Numbered from the stretch's first letter, positions 49,804 to 60,748 are shown. The stretch is DNA of 64,000 nt from Francisellaceae bacterium (GCA_028355575.1 JAOMSY010000001.1:13542-77541), one strand, 5' to 3'. The notes: generated by a model from the sequence alone, not told the origin. Program-made: numbers and translations.

Positions 49804-52800
49804 ATGTTTTATTTACACACTTCAAATAAAACAGAAAATTTACTGGCACATTTAGATACTGTTCTTAAAAACTCAAAAACAAGTTCTATTCTCGAGAAAC
49901 AAACTTTTTTAATACAAAGTGAGGGCATGGGTCGTTGGCTCATGCAGCAGATGGCGATTAAGAATAAATTATTTTGTAACTATGAATTTATTTTCCCTAA
50001 TCGATTCTTTGAAAAGGTTGCGAAATCCATTGGCTGTCATCTTTTGGACGAAGACTTTGATAGAGCAAATTTGGTTTGGCGGATTTATTCAATATTATCA
50101 TCACTGGATATATCAGAATTCCATACGCTGAGATCATATATCAACGGAGATGTTACTGGTGTTAAACGATTTCAGTTATCACAGCAGTTAGCTAATTTGT
50201 TCGATCAATATCAGATAGTGCGTCCAGAAATTTTATTTAATTGGCAGAATAATGAATGTTTGTTTGAAGGAACGCAGTATCAAGAAACAGAATCGTGGCA
50301 ACAAACTATCTGGTTAGAGATTATAAAGCAAATTAGAGGTGACGCTAAAAGCCGAACGGAGTTATGGCAAGAAGCAATTTACCAAGTTAAACATCATCAA
50401 TATGCGAATGATTTTCCAAAAGTAGTATCAATATTTGGCATAAATAACTTACCAGAAGTCTATCTGAAATTTTTAGAAGCATTATCAGCGCATATTGATA
50501 TTCATTTGTATCTTTTGAACCCATCGCAAGAATATTGGTTAGATATCCCGTCAAAAAAACAAATTGCTTTAGAAAATTTACACAAAGGTTTTGATCAGCA
50601 AGCTGATCTTTTAGAAGCAGGCCACCCGTTATTAGCAAATTTCGGTAAACAAGGACAGTACTTTCAGGAGTTATTGCTTTTAGAAGAGAAAAATTTTGAG
50701 AGTCACTTTGAAAGTTTTTTAATGACAGAAGGGCGGTCTTGGCTTGAGCATATTCAAAATGATTTGCTATGTAATCAGCTTACGTTACCTAATCGTACAG
50801 CAATTGATGATAGTATAAAAATTCATAATTGCCACACGCCTATCCGTGAGCTTGAAGTCTTAAAAAATGAGATTCTATACGTGCTTGATGAAACAGATAT
50901 CCAGTTACGTGATATTGTTATTATGGCGCCGAATATTGAAGATTATGCACCATATATCCCAGCTATATTTTCAGACATTAAACATACTTTAGCCGATGAA
51001 ACGCTCAGGAATGCCAATCCGCTAATAGATGCCTTTGAGCAATTTTTTCAAGTGATTATGGGAAGGTTTGGTTGGCAAGAGGTGCTAGATTTACTGACGC
51101 TTCCCGAATTACAAAGTAGCTTTGATATTAACGAAAATGAGCTTGAACAAATCGCTTATTGGGTTAAAGAGACGAATGTGCGTTGGGCGTATGCAAAGGC
51201 GCATAAGCAAGAGTTAGGTATTCCTGAAGATGAATTAAATACTTGGTTTTTTGGCTTACAACGCATGATGATGGGCTATGCAATTGGTGATGATCAAAAT
51301 TTATTTGATGGTATTTCAGCCTATATAGAAATAGAGGGGCAATCTTCAATAGTATTGGGGAAGCTTTATCAATATATCAACTTCTTGATTACAGCCAGGA
51401 GAAAGTTTTCAAAACAATATACCTTAGCAGACTGGGTGGATCTTCTCAGTGACCAAGTGTCTGTATTGTTTAAAGATGAGAATGTGCAGTCATATCATAA
51501 GGTGGAATTGCTCACCAAGTTAACGGATTTAACCAAAGATGCATTAGCCTTTTTTGATTCTAAGCTAGAGTTCAAAGTGATATTAAATTGGTTTCAAGGA
51601 TTAAGTTCTGAGGTTTCATCAGCACAAGGTTTTTTGACAGGCGGCTTAACATTTTGTTCTATGCTACCAATGCGCTCCATTCCATTCAAAGTTATTGCGT
51701 TATTAGGCATGAATGAAGGTGACTTCCCGGGAATTGATCGTAAAAACACGTTTGATCTAACACAAGTTCAATTCAGAAAAGGTGATCGTTCAAAACGGCT
51801 CGATAATAAGTACCAATTCTTAGAAACACTCTTATCTGCCAGACAAAAATTATGGTTATTTTATCAAGGGCAATTAGCGGAAAATAACGAACCGTTACAG
51901 CCATCATCCGTTGTGAGTGATTTAATTGATACCTTCACCGAGCACTATCAAGTGCCTGAAGATGCGCTTGTTACTAAGCATCCTTTGCAAAGCTATCATC
52001 AAACTTATTTTGCTAAAAATAATCGTTATAAGAATTATAATGTTTTACAGTTTGATATCGCAAAGCATTTACAGGATGCGCGTAGCCAACAAGCCAGCAG
52101 TGCCAAATCATTTTGGTCGCAACAGTCGCAATACATCAATACTCCTTCGCCTGAAAGAATCGAGATTAAAGATCTCATTCAGTTTATCAAAAATCCGCAA
52201 TCTTATTTTGTTAAAAATATACTGCAACTTAAGCTAAATGTAGAAGATGAAACCATTGAAGAAAAAGAACCTTTTGAAATAGCAGGATTAACTCGATATG
52301 AATTAAAGCAAAATTTAGTTGCTGAACTATGCCATAGCGATGTACAAAATAAAGATGAATTATATGAAGCATATAAAGCAAAAGGGGTACTTTTGGGCGG
52401 TGAGGTTGGTAAGCAGGTTTTTACTAATTATTGGCAAATAGCACAAGAATTTGAACAAATTTTTAAAGGTATCTGCTTAGAGGCAGGTAATGCAGAAGAA
52501 GATTTGCTGATTGATAAACAAATACAAATTGATCATGACATTTCAGTAACCTTGGCAGGGGTGTTAGGTCAGCAATATCAAAATGCGATGGTATTGTTTA
52601 GAATTGGCGATTTGGATGGAAAATCCTTATTATCTGCTTGGATACAACATTTGTTAATCAATCAAGTCAAAACTAAACAAACATATTTGATTTATGGTAA
52701 AGATCAAGTTCAGGTGCTTACGTTTTCATCTTCTCAACAATCTATTTCTCCGCTTTGTGAATGGTTAAAGTTATTTATATCTGGGCAACAAAAGCCTAGT

Positions 52801-53043
52801 CATTTATTTGTTGAACCTGCATTAGACTATGTGAGGCAATTACATAAAAATAATGTTAGAAAGACGCCAAAGACTATGGCGCTTGAAGCGTTTCAAACCC
52901 AATTAAACAGTGGGTATCATCCTGAATGGCAATTGCTCTATCGAAATTTTACCAAGAATGATATAGCGCAATTATTTGATAAAGATTTTGAGCACATCTG
53001 TGAAAGATTAATTGATCCAATTTGGAGTGCGGTTTCTTTATGA
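49804..53043 (+). CDS. recC: exodeoxyribonuclease V gamma subunit
   Basis: 1079 aa, N-terminus MFYLHTSNKTENL and QSEGMGRWL typical of RecC. Translationally coupled to recB (ATGA overlap). Confidence 0.93.
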   Translation: MFYLHTSNKTENLLAHLDTVLKNSKTSSILEKQTFLIQSEGMGRWLMQQMAIKNKLFCNYEFIFPNRFFEKVAKSIGCHLLDEDFDRANLVWRIYSILSSLDISEFHTLRSYINGDVTGVKRFQLSQQLANLFDQYQIVRPEILFNWQNNECLFEGTQYQETESWQQTIWLEIIKQIRGDAKSRTELWQEAIYQVKHHQYANDFPKVVSIFGINNLPEVYLKFLEALSAHIDIHLYLLNPSQEYWLDIPSKKQIALENLHKGFDQQADLLEAGHPLLANFGKQGQYFQELLLLEEKNFESHFESFLMTEGRSWLEHIQNDLLCNQLTLPNRTAIDDSIKIHNCHTPIRELEVLKNEILYVLDETDIQLRDIVIMAPNIEDYAPYIPAIFSDIKHTLADETLRNANPLIDAFEQFFQVIMGRFGWQEVLDLLTLPELQSSFDINENELEQIAYWVKETNVRWAYAKAHKQELGIPEDELNTWFFGLQRMMMGYAIGDDQNLFDGISAYIEIEGQSSIVLGKLYQYINFLITARRKFSKQYTLADWVDLLSDQVSVLFKDENVQSYHKVELLTKLTDLTKDALAFFDSKLEFKVILNWFQGLSSEVSSAQGFLTGGLTFCSMLPMRSIPFKVIALLGMNEGDFPGIDRKNTFDLTQVQFRKGDRSKRLDNKYQFLETLLSARQKLWLFYQGQLAENNEPLQPSSVVSDLIDTFTEHYQVPEDALVTKHPLQSYHQTYFAKNNRYKNYNVLQFDIAKHLQDARSQQASSAKSFWSQQSQYINTPSPERIEIKDLIQFIKNPQSYFVKNILQLKLNVEDETIEEKEPFEIAGLTRYELKQNLVAELCHSDVQNKDELYEAYKAKGVLLGGEVGKQVFTNYWQIAQEFEQIFKGICLEAGNAEEDLLIDKQIQIDHDISVTLAGVLGQQYQNAMVLFRIGDLDGKSLLSAWIQHLLINQVKTKQTYLIYGKDQVQVLTFSSSQQSISPLCEWLKLFISGQQKPSHLFVEPALDYVRQLHKNNVRKTPKTMALEAFQTQLNSGYHPEWQLLYRNFTKNDIAQLFDKDFEHICERLIDPIWSAVSL

Positions 53044-56000
53044 AAAATACAGAAATATTTAATGCATTTGAAACAGAGCTACACCTCGGTGCAAACTTAA
53101 TAGAAGCAAGTGCGGGAACAGGTAAAACGTTTGCGATTGCTATGCTGGTTGTGCGCTTAATTGTCGAAAAGGCAATTAAAATAGATGAAATTATTGTGAC
53201 GACATTCACTAATGCCGCAACAGCAGAATTGAAAGAACGTATTCGTAGTCGAATTCGAGAAGCCTTATTGCTAGCAAAGCAAAAAGAAAATCTTGTATCA
53301 GATAAATTACTAAAAAGCTGGTATCACAACTTATCTCCAGATATCCGTGAACTAGTCTATGAAAGGTTAACGCTTGCCTTATTAGAAATAGACAGTGCGG
53401 CGGTATTTACTATCCACGGCTTTTGTCAAAGAATGTTGGTTGAATTTGCCTTGGAGACAGGGCAGTTATTTAACTTAGAATTAACCGATAATATTAACCA
53501 TTATTTTGATCAAGTTACTGAAGACTTTTGGCGAACAGAAATTTATGGTGCTGATGCGTTCAAAGTTGAAATATTACGCCAAAAATATAAAACGCCCAGT
53601 GCATTATTAAAAAGTGTTAAAAATGGGTATACGGCTTTGAGGGTCTATCCAGATTTTTCAAATATTCCAAAATACGAGATAGATTCAGTAAGAGCAGCAC
53701 ATCAACAAGCAATACAAAGCCTAAATACATTTTCTGAAATACTAGCTCCAGAGAATGAAGAAAAATTTAAGAAAGGTGAATGGGCTAAATATATAGAAGT
53801 CATTCATCAGCCTGAAGCACTACTGAGTCACGCTACTATGTTTACTGAAGCAGGACTGAAAAATACGTTTAATGGGCATAAATTCCGGAAAAATAAAAAC
53901 CAAAGTAGCGATGAGCGTAAAGATGCTTTTATTGCAGAATATGAGATATCGTTCGCACCTTTTGAGCATTTATACGAAACCATTCAGCAAGCGCAACAAG
54001 CTATTTTATTAGGTACCCGCTATCAGTTACTCGAAAAGCTTAAGGAGTCGGTTCCAAAACGGTTGTTAGAGCATCAAATGACAAGCTTTGATGGCTTAAT
54101 TCAAGGTCTTGCCGATGCTGTAAAAAGCGATAACCTTGCTTTAATAAATGGTCTGCAACAAAGATATAAAGTCGCTTTAATTGATGAGTTTCAAGATACA
54201 GATAAAGATCAGTGGGATATATTTGCGGCAGTTTTTTTATCAACCAGTCATTACTTGTATCTAATTGGTGATCCAAAGCAAGCTATCTATAAATTTAGAG
54301 GTGCAGATATTTTTACTTATTTTTCTGTAGCAGAACAAGCTAATCAGAAATACACCCTTGCTTATAATTGGCGCTCACATCCAGGCATTGTTAAAGGGGT
54401 GAATTGTCTCTTTGAGAGCATGGACAAACCTTTTGTTATCGATGACTTTGCATTTGAGTCTGTCTCTGCAGCCAAAACAGATGAAGATGGAGAAATAGTT
54501 GATTTATCTGGTCAGTCAGTTAAGCCGATGCAGCTGGCGATTATAGGTGATGAAAATCCACTTGCGCAGTGTTTAGCTGATAAAATTGTTGCGCTATTAG
54601 ATGGTAAGTACGCTATTCAATCTGAGAAAGAGAAAAGGTCGATAAAAGCGAGTGATATCGCCATTCTTGTTGGTTCTCACAAAAATGCTGAAGCGTATCA
54701 GAAAGCCTTATGGCAGGTAAATGTGCCTGTAACCATCAGTCGAACAGCTTCTGTTTTTCGATCTGTTGATGCAGAACAATTATTAAAAGTTCTATATGCG
54801 GTATGCTACCCCAGTAATCTTATGTATCTTAAAGCCATGCTGAGCACTGATTATTTTGGGCTTAATGCGGTGAGTTACTATGAGCAGTTCTTGCAGTCAG
54901 AAGATGCTTTAGATGGACTTGTTGAACGCTTTTCGATTTATCATCAGTTATGGTTAAACGAAGGCTTTATGCCTATGATCACCACATTGCTAGCTGATGA
55001 AGGTATTAACGAGAATTTATTAAATCAACCTAGATTTGAGCGACGCTTGACTGATGTAACTCATCTCAGTGAATTAATGCAGCAAGCGATTTCAATGGAT
55101 AGACTGGGCATATTCAAGGCACTTGAATGGTTTCAACAGCAAATTGAAAAAGCGGGAGAAAATTTAAATAGTGCGGATGAGCAGAAAATTCGGTTAGATA
55201 GTGAGAAACAAACGGTCACGATTATTACCATGCATGCTTCTAAAGGGTTAGAGTATCCTATTGTGTTTTGTCCTGATCTCGCAAAATCACCATCAACCAG
55301 AGCAACTGATATTATTAAATTTAATGAACAGGGTGTTGGTCAGGTGGTTGATATTGGTTCAGATAACTTCGAGCAGCATCAGCAGCAACTCGCGATAGAA
55401 AATTTATCAGAGAAAATGCGTTTGTTTTATGTGGCGATTACACGTGCGAAATATTTATGTTATTTAGTCTGGCCGCATCAGAAAACAGCTAAGTCTTTAT
55501 CTATTGTAAACCACTCACCATTATCTTTTCTGCTTGGACTAAGCAATGTGAATGATTTTGAAATGGTTACATCACAATTTGAAAAATTTTCTGCAGACTA
55601 CCCAGAGGTATTTAATGTAGATGAGCTGAAAATTAAAAATATAGCGCACAAGTCAGCTGATGATAACCAGCTATCGGAAGCACTATCCCCATGGGTGTCA
55701 ACTAAACCTATTGATCAAACATGGCAGATGACAAGTTATACTGCTTTGTCGAGACTATCTGATGATTCGACGCAACAAGATATTGCTTATATCAAAGCAG
55801 AAGATGAAACCATCGTTGATGATAAAGAATTAGCCTTAGGTTCAGAAGATTTAACTATAATGGAAGAAGATCTGCTACCAAAGGGGGCGGCAACAGGAAA
55901 TCTCATCCATGAAATGCTGGAGAAATTTAGTTTCTATTTATTGGCCCAAGATGTTTATGAGCCTAGGATTGAACAAGAATTAATTCGCTATTGTAAAAAG

Positions 56001-56576
56001 TTTTCATTACTAGAAAACATTATTCCTTTGGTGAAAAAGCTTTTGATCAATAGCTTAAAAACACCTCTTTCTGTATTAAGTAATACCCCTTTATCTAAGC
56101 TAACTGATAACGAAACCTTAAAAGAAATGCCATTTTATTTATCTCTTGCGGCAATGAATACCCAGCAAATAAATAAGATATTGGCAAATGAAAGAACATT
56201 TCAACCTATTGGCTATAAACAGATAGAGGGTTTGATGAATGGTTTTATCGATTTAATTTTTATGAAAGAAGGAAAATACTACATCGCAGATTATAAAAGT
56301 AATTACCTTTCATCTTATGACCAATCTTCATTGATTGAAGCCATGCATCATCATAATTATGGTTTGCAGCTATGGATATACTCTGTAGTTCTGCATCGTT
56401 TTTTACAAAATAGTTTGCCTGATTATGCGTTCGAAAAACATTTTGGCGGCGTATTTTATTTTTTTATTAGAGGTATGCACCTAGACCATAAAGACAGAGG
56501 TGTCTACTATCAGAAACCAGATATAAAAACTCTGACAGCGCTATCTGACTTACTCACTGAAGAGGTGGTTATATGA
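53040..56576 (+). CDS. recB: exodeoxyribonuclease V beta subunit (helicase/nuclease)
   Basis: SF1 helicase motifs (EASAGTGKT, LIDEFQDTD, YNWRS). C-terminal PD-(D/E)xK nuclease region (GFIDLIF...YIADYKSN). Confidence 0.95.
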   Translation: MKNTEIFNAFETELHLGANLIEASAGTGKTFAIAMLVVRLIVEKAIKIDEIIVTTFTNAATAELKERIRSRIREALLLAKQKENLVSDKLLKSWYHNLSPDIRELVYERLTLALLEIDSAAVFTIHGFCQRMLVEFALETGQLFNLELTDNINHYFDQVTEDFWRTEIYGADAFKVEILRQKYKTPSALLKSVKNGYTALRVYPDFSNIPKYEIDSVRAAHQQAIQSLNTFSEILAPENEEKFKKGEWAKYIEVIHQPEALLSHATMFTEAGLKNTFNGHKFRKNKNQSSDERKDAFIAEYEISFAPFEHLYETIQQAQQAILLGTRYQLLEKLKESVPKRLLEHQMTSFDGLIQGLADAVKSDNLALINGLQQRYKVALIDEFQDTDKDQWDIFAAVFLSTSHYLYLIGDPKQAIYKFRGADIFTYFSVAEQANQKYTLAYNWRSHPGIVKGVNCLFESMDKPFVIDDFAFESVSAAKTDEDGEIVDLSGQSVKPMQLAIIGDENPLAQCLADKIVALLDGKYAIQSEKEKRSIKASDIAILVGSHKNAEAYQKALWQVNVPVTISRTASVFRSVDAEQLLKVLYAVCYPSNLMYLKAMLSTDYFGLNAVSYYEQFLQSEDALDGLVERFSIYHQLWLNEGFMPMITTLLADEGINENLLNQPRFERRLTDVTHLSELMQQAISMDRLGIFKALEWFQQQIEKAGENLNSADEQKIRLDSEKQTVTIITMHASKGLEYPIVFCPDLAKSPSTRATDIIKFNEQGVGQVVDIGSDNFEQHQQQLAIENLSEKMRLFYVAITRAKYLCYLVWPHQKTAKSLSIVNHSPLSFLLGLSNVNDFEMVTSQFEKFSADYPEVFNVDELKIKNIAHKSADDNQLSEALSPWVSTKPIDQTWQMTSYTALSRLSDDSTQQDIAYIKAEDETIVDDKELALGSEDLTIMEEDLLPKGAATGNLIHEMLEKFSFYLLAQDVYEPRIEQELIRYCKKFSLLENIIPLVKKLLINSLKTPLSVLSNTPLSKLTDNETLKEMPFYLSLAAMNTQQINKILANERTFQPIGYKQIEGLMNGFIDLIFMKEGKYYIADYKSNYLSSYDQSSLIEAMHHHNYGLQLWIYSVVLHRFLQNSLPDYAFEKHFGGVFYFFIRGMHLDHKDRGVYYQKPDIKTLTALSDLLTEEVVI

Positions 56577-58240
56577 ATAGCCAGATAGAAAAGCGATCAT
56601 TTATACAAATTGATGACGCTTTGTCAGATTATTTTGGTCAATATTCTGGCTTATCGGGTGAGCAGTTAACTTTATTGAAAGGTGTTATTTTATCACTCTC
56701 AGAAAAAATGAGATCGGGGCATACTTGTTTGCCGATTGATCCAAAAGCTTGTGCATTATTTTTGAATGCAAATTTAGCTTCGGATGGCACTAATATAAAA
56801 CCATTTGTGATTGAGAATAATCATTTATATTTTTATCGTTACTGGAAATACGAAACCATAATTGCTGAGAAAACCTTTGATCTATCCTGTAAACTTGATA
56901 CTTTCGAGTCTCAGGAAATAGTCATTGATAATCTATTTCCTCAAGATGACTTAGATACCAGCATTGAAGGCATTGATTGGCAAAAAAATGCAGTAGAAAA
57001 ATCTATTCATAAAGGATTTAGTATTATTACGGGTGGGCCGGGGACAGGTAAAACCACAACAGTCATCAAGCTATTAAGTGCTTTAATTTCTTTAAGTGAT
57101 CAAAAACTTAATATTGCATTAGCTGCGCCAACGGGTAAGGCAGCTGCACGTTTGCAAGAGTCAATTATAAAGGGTAAATCTTGGTTGAAAGTAACCTTAG
57201 GCGCTACGGCTGAAAACATTCCTGATCAAGTACATACAATCCATAAATTACTTGGCAGTATCTATTTAAGCCCTTATTTTAAATATAACCAAAGTCGACA
57301 GCTACCTTATGATGTCGTGGTCATTGATGAGGCTTCTATGATTGACGTGCCGTTAATGGCTAAATTATTACAGGCATTAAAAGATAACACGCGATTAATT
57401 CTATTAGGTGATGTTCATCAGTTAGCCTCTGTTGAAGTAGGGTCTGTGCTCGCTGATTTATCGAATGCTTTACCTAATCAAACCTTTTATCTTAAAAAAA
57501 CCTATCGTTTTTCAGGTGCTATTAAATTATTAGCGGATGCAGTGAATATCCAAGATGTTCCATTGGCTATGAAGGTACTAAAAAGTGGTGATGAAAGTGT
57601 TTCGTTAATTCCGCATAGTCAGTCATCACTTAAATATTTGTTAAATCAAGCCATAGAATATATACAAGCCATTCCTGAGGATGGTTTGAATTTAGAAATT
57701 GTCTTCAAATATTTTGGTCGTTTCCAAGTATTATGCTCAAACCATTTTGGTACATTCGGTTTGGATGGAATTAATAATCATATTGAGAAAGGGTTAGAGC
57801 GTCGTGACTTAATTAAAAAATCAGGTAGTTGGTATATTGGTAAACCAATTATGATTAGTGAAAATGTTGGTCATTCCTCTATGCATTTAAATAATGGGGA
57901 TATTGGCATTTGCCTGCCAGATGATGAAGGTAAGCTCTATGTTTATTTTGAATCAGCAGATGGCAAATTTAAACGATACCTGCCTTCTAAGTTACCTAAA
58001 TATCAAATTGCTTATGCCATCAGTATTCACAAAAGCCAAGGTTCAGAATTTGACGATGTTATTATCTCTCTACCTGAGACTATGAACCCAGTGTTAACCA
58101 AAGAGCTCCTTTATACAGGCATTACTAGAGCAAAAAAATCAGTCACCATTGTTGCAAATGAACAAGTCTTAGCGCTAATGATGTCTCAAAAAGTATCTCG
58201 CAATGGTGGTTTAACCAGCAAAATCCAAAATTACAGCTAA
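56573..58240 (+). CDS. recD: exodeoxyribonuclease V alpha subunit
   Basis: ITGGPGTGKTT Walker A, VVIDEASM, LLGDVHQLASV, ISIHKSQGSEF. ATGA overlap with recB. Confidence 0.93.
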   Translation: MNSQIEKRSFIQIDDALSDYFGQYSGLSGEQLTLLKGVILSLSEKMRSGHTCLPIDPKACALFLNANLASDGTNIKPFVIENNHLYFYRYWKYETIIAEKTFDLSCKLDTFESQEIVIDNLFPQDDLDTSIEGIDWQKNAVEKSIHKGFSIITGGPGTGKTTTVIKLLSALISLSDQKLNIALAAPTGKAAARLQESIIKGKSWLKVTLGATAENIPDQVHTIHKLLGSIYLSPYFKYNQSRQLPYDVVVIDEASMIDVPLMAKLLQALKDNTRLILLGDVHQLASVEVGSVLADLSNALPNQTFYLKKTYRFSGAIKLLADAVNIQDVPLAMKVLKSGDESVSLIPHSQSSLKYLLNQAIEYIQAIPEDGLNLEIVFKYFGRFQVLCSNHFGTFGLDGINNHIEKGLERRDLIKKSGSWYIGKPIMISENVGHSSMHLNNGDIGICLPDDEGKLYVYFESADGKFKRYLPSKLPKYQIAYAISIHKSQGSEFDDVIISLPETMNPVLTKELLYTGITRAKKSVTIVANEQVLALMMSQKVSRNGGLTSKIQNYS

Positions 58241-58277
58241 AATAAAAGATATCTGTTTTGAATAATATGGTGTTTAT

Positions 58278-59126
58278 ATGATCACGGAATTAGATGCTTC
58301 TTGGCAATCATGGGTAAAAGAGAATATTGATCGAGGTTGTCATAAAGAAGAATTGTTTAAGATCATGCTCGACCATCAGTTTGATCCTAAAACCATTCAA
58401 TCTGCTTTAAATATAAAAGAGATTAGCCCTTATCTGAGAGGTCTGATTGATAATGATGACATAAAGCATCAATCTCAGTTATTTAATCTTCCAGAGGCAG
58501 TATTCCAAAATGCCATCAGCGTTGGCGGCAAAAATGCAAGAGCCTATATCCAACCAGTTTTTTTATCGCAAGAGGAATGCGATCAAGTTATTGAAAGAAT
58601 TAAAAAGCACCTACGACCATCTTTAATTACCAGTTCGAATGAGCCTGATAAATATTTCCGTACCAGTAAAACTTGTGATTTAGGCATACATACTGATGAT
58701 TTCATTAAATATATTGATCAAAAAATTGCGGATTACTTGGGTATTGATCCAGCATATTCAGAAGTCATACAAGGCCAATATTACCAAATTGGAAATGAAT
58801 TTAAGCTGCATACCGACTATTTCCAACCAAATTCAGATGAATATAATCAGTTTGCTGCAAGACAAGGTCAGCGTACTTGGACATTTATGATTTATTTAAA
58901 TGATGTCGAAGAGGGTGGGCATACTGATTTCCCCAAGCTTGACTTATCTGTTAGACCTAAAACAGGCTCAGCGGTAATTTGGAATAGCCTTGATGAGAAT
59001 GGTAAGGTCAATTCAAATACGCTACATTGGGCAAAGCCTATTCTCAAAGGTGAAAAGTATGTGATTACTAAGTGGTTTCGGGAAAACGCAGACCAAACAG
59101 GAAAACGTACACCCAATAATGTATAA
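58278..59126 (+). CDS. 2-oxoglutarate/Fe(II)-dependent oxygenase, prolyl 4-hydroxylase-like
   Basis: HTDYF (HxD) ... HWAKP ... KYVITKWF jelly-roll motifs, with GGHTDFP between. A ~90 aa N-terminal extension is of unknown type. Confidence 0.85.
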   Translation: MITELDASWQSWVKENIDRGCHKEELFKIMLDHQFDPKTIQSALNIKEISPYLRGLIDNDDIKHQSQLFNLPEAVFQNAISVGGKNARAYIQPVFLSQEECDQVIERIKKHLRPSLITSSNEPDKYFRTSKTCDLGIHTDDFIKYIDQKIADYLGIDPAYSEVIQGQYYQIGNEFKLHTDYFQPNSDEYNQFAARQGQRTWTFMIYLNDVEEGGHTDFPKLDLSVRPKTGSAVIWNSLDENGKVNSNTLHWAKPILKGEKYVITKWFRENADQTGKRTPNNV

Positions 59127-59147
59127 ATCGCCTTTTCACAAGTTGCC

Positions 59148-59381
59148 TTGGAACGGGTTATTATATTGGATAATGCCAGTTTTCATAAGTCAAAAAAATT
59201 GAAGGAACTTACTGAAGCAGCTAAATGTAAGCTACTATATTTACCACCTTATAGCCCAGATTTAAATCCAATTGAGAAGTTTTGGGGAAATTTGAAAGCA
59301 AAGATACGAAAAGTGATTAGCAAGGCAAAGGATATACACGATTCAATTACCATTGCGTTGAAACAAAATATTTCGGGTTAG
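59148..59381 (+). pseudogene. IS630/Tc1-mariner family transposase, C-terminal remnant only
   Basis: ILDNASFHKS...LPPYSPDLNPIEKFW is the end of the IS630 DDE domain. About 260 N-terminal residues are missing, and the fragment starts about 20 nt after the oxygenase stop. Confidence 0.8.
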
Positions 59382-59415
59382 CTATATATCCAGTAAAATT
59401 GTGACAGAACCAAAA

Positions 59416-59832
59416 TTATTCCACCGTTAAATTAGTTAATTTTGTTCCATCCCAATGGATATCTACGTTATCAGGGTCTCCTGTCACTAAATCTATTTGA
59501 TTGCTTGGGAGCGTATATAAATCCCAAGCATCTGGTCCCCTTCTTACCACATAACCAATGTCTTGACCATTTACATAAATTTCAAACTGCCCAGTTATTA
59601 AGGTTTGGTCGATATCTTGCACAACCAAATCAACTTGCCTTGGATCATTATGCGGGTCTATGTTAACGCCTTTGACAAATGGATTATCAATTACTGCTGG
59701 AAAATTATCATCGACTATCTGAACAGTTACTGCCTTATTAGAGTCATTTGCAAAATGAATCCCATCATATGAATATGACATAGTAGCTGTTAGGAAAAGT
59801 GGACTTAAAATTATTAGCTTAAATATTTTCAT
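59416..59832 (-). CDS. small secreted hypothetical protein
   Basis: 138 aa with signal peptide MKIFKLIILSPLFLTATMS. No family recognised. Wedged between two IS sequences. Confidence 0.5.
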   Translation of the reverse strand: MKIFKLIILSPLFLTATMSYSYDGIHFANDSNKAVTVQIVDDNFPAVIDNPFVKGVNIDPHNDPRQVDLVVQDIDQTLITGQFEIYVNGQDIGYVVRRGPDAWDLYTLPSNQIDLVTGDPDNVDIHWDGTKLTNLTVE

Positions 59833-59869
59833 TAGTGATTGAGGTGGGGGAATTTCTTAGGACAGCTAT

Positions 59870-60748
59870 CTAGACAATTATAGATGTCGATTTATTAAAC
59901 ATATTATCTAACTTTACTTTTCCATAATAGATTTCAGACGGTGTATTGTAGTCCAATCTTTCATGTAGTCTGTCAGTGTTGTAATACTCAAAGTAACTTA
60001 CTAAAGCTTGCTTCACTTCAGCAACTGAATCAAATTCCCTCAGGAATATACATTCATACTTTACACTTCTCCAAAGACGCTCAATAAATATATTATCAAA
60101 ACACCTTCCTTTCCCGTCCATGCTAATTAAAACATCATTATCTAGCAAGGTATTTATCCAAGCTTTTGAAGTGAACTGCGCGCCTTGATCTGTATTAAAA
60201 AGCCCGCATTTCTTGATTTCTAGCGACCTTCTTAGTGTTTCAACACAAAATTCAGCCTCCAGAGTTATGCTTAACTCCCAGTCAATCACATACCGGCTAT
60301 ACCAATCCATAATTGCCATTAGGTAAATATGCCCGTGCTTCATGCGGATATATGTGATGTCAGTGCACCATACTTGGTTGGGGTAATAAACGCAAACATC
60401 GTTAAGAAGATATGGATAGACACTATGCTCTTGTCTGCTTTTTGCGCTTGTATTTGGCTTTGGGTAAATGGCTTGCAACCCCATCTTGTCCATAAGGTAT
60501 CTAACTTGGTCACGAGTAACGTCATGACCCTGCCGTTCCAACCATTTCATTATACGTCTTGAACCTTCGCAAGGGTATGCTGTATAACGCTCATCAATGA
60601 GACGCATCATTAGCTCAGTAGCTTCACTTATGCTGCGATACTTATAATAATAGGTTGATCTATGTAGCCCTAAAATCTCACATTGTCTGGCTACTGAAAT
60701 CTCAGTATTTGTAGGATCTACTAACAATTTCTTATCCCTACAACTCAA
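59870..60748 (-). CDS. IS3-family transposase OrfB (DDE integrase domain), expressed as an OrfAB fusion by -1 frameshift
   Basis: WCTDITYI, NTDQGAQFTS and ERLWRSVKYE form the DD(35)E triad context. Confidence 0.9.
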   Translation of the reverse strand: MSCRDKKLLVDPTNTEISVARQCEILGLHRSTYYYKYRSISEATELMMRLIDERYTAYPCEGSRRIMKWLERQGHDVTRDQVRYLMDKMGLQAIYPKPNTSAKSRQEHSVYPYLLNDVCVYYPNQVWCTDITYIRMKHGHIYLMAIMDWYSRYVIDWELSITLEAEFCVETLRRSLEIKKCGLFNTDQGAQFTSKAWINTLLDNDVLISMDGKGRCFDNIFIERLWRSVKYECIFLREFDSVAEVKQALVSYFEYYNTDRLHERLDYNTPSEIYYGKVKLDNMFNKSTSIIV

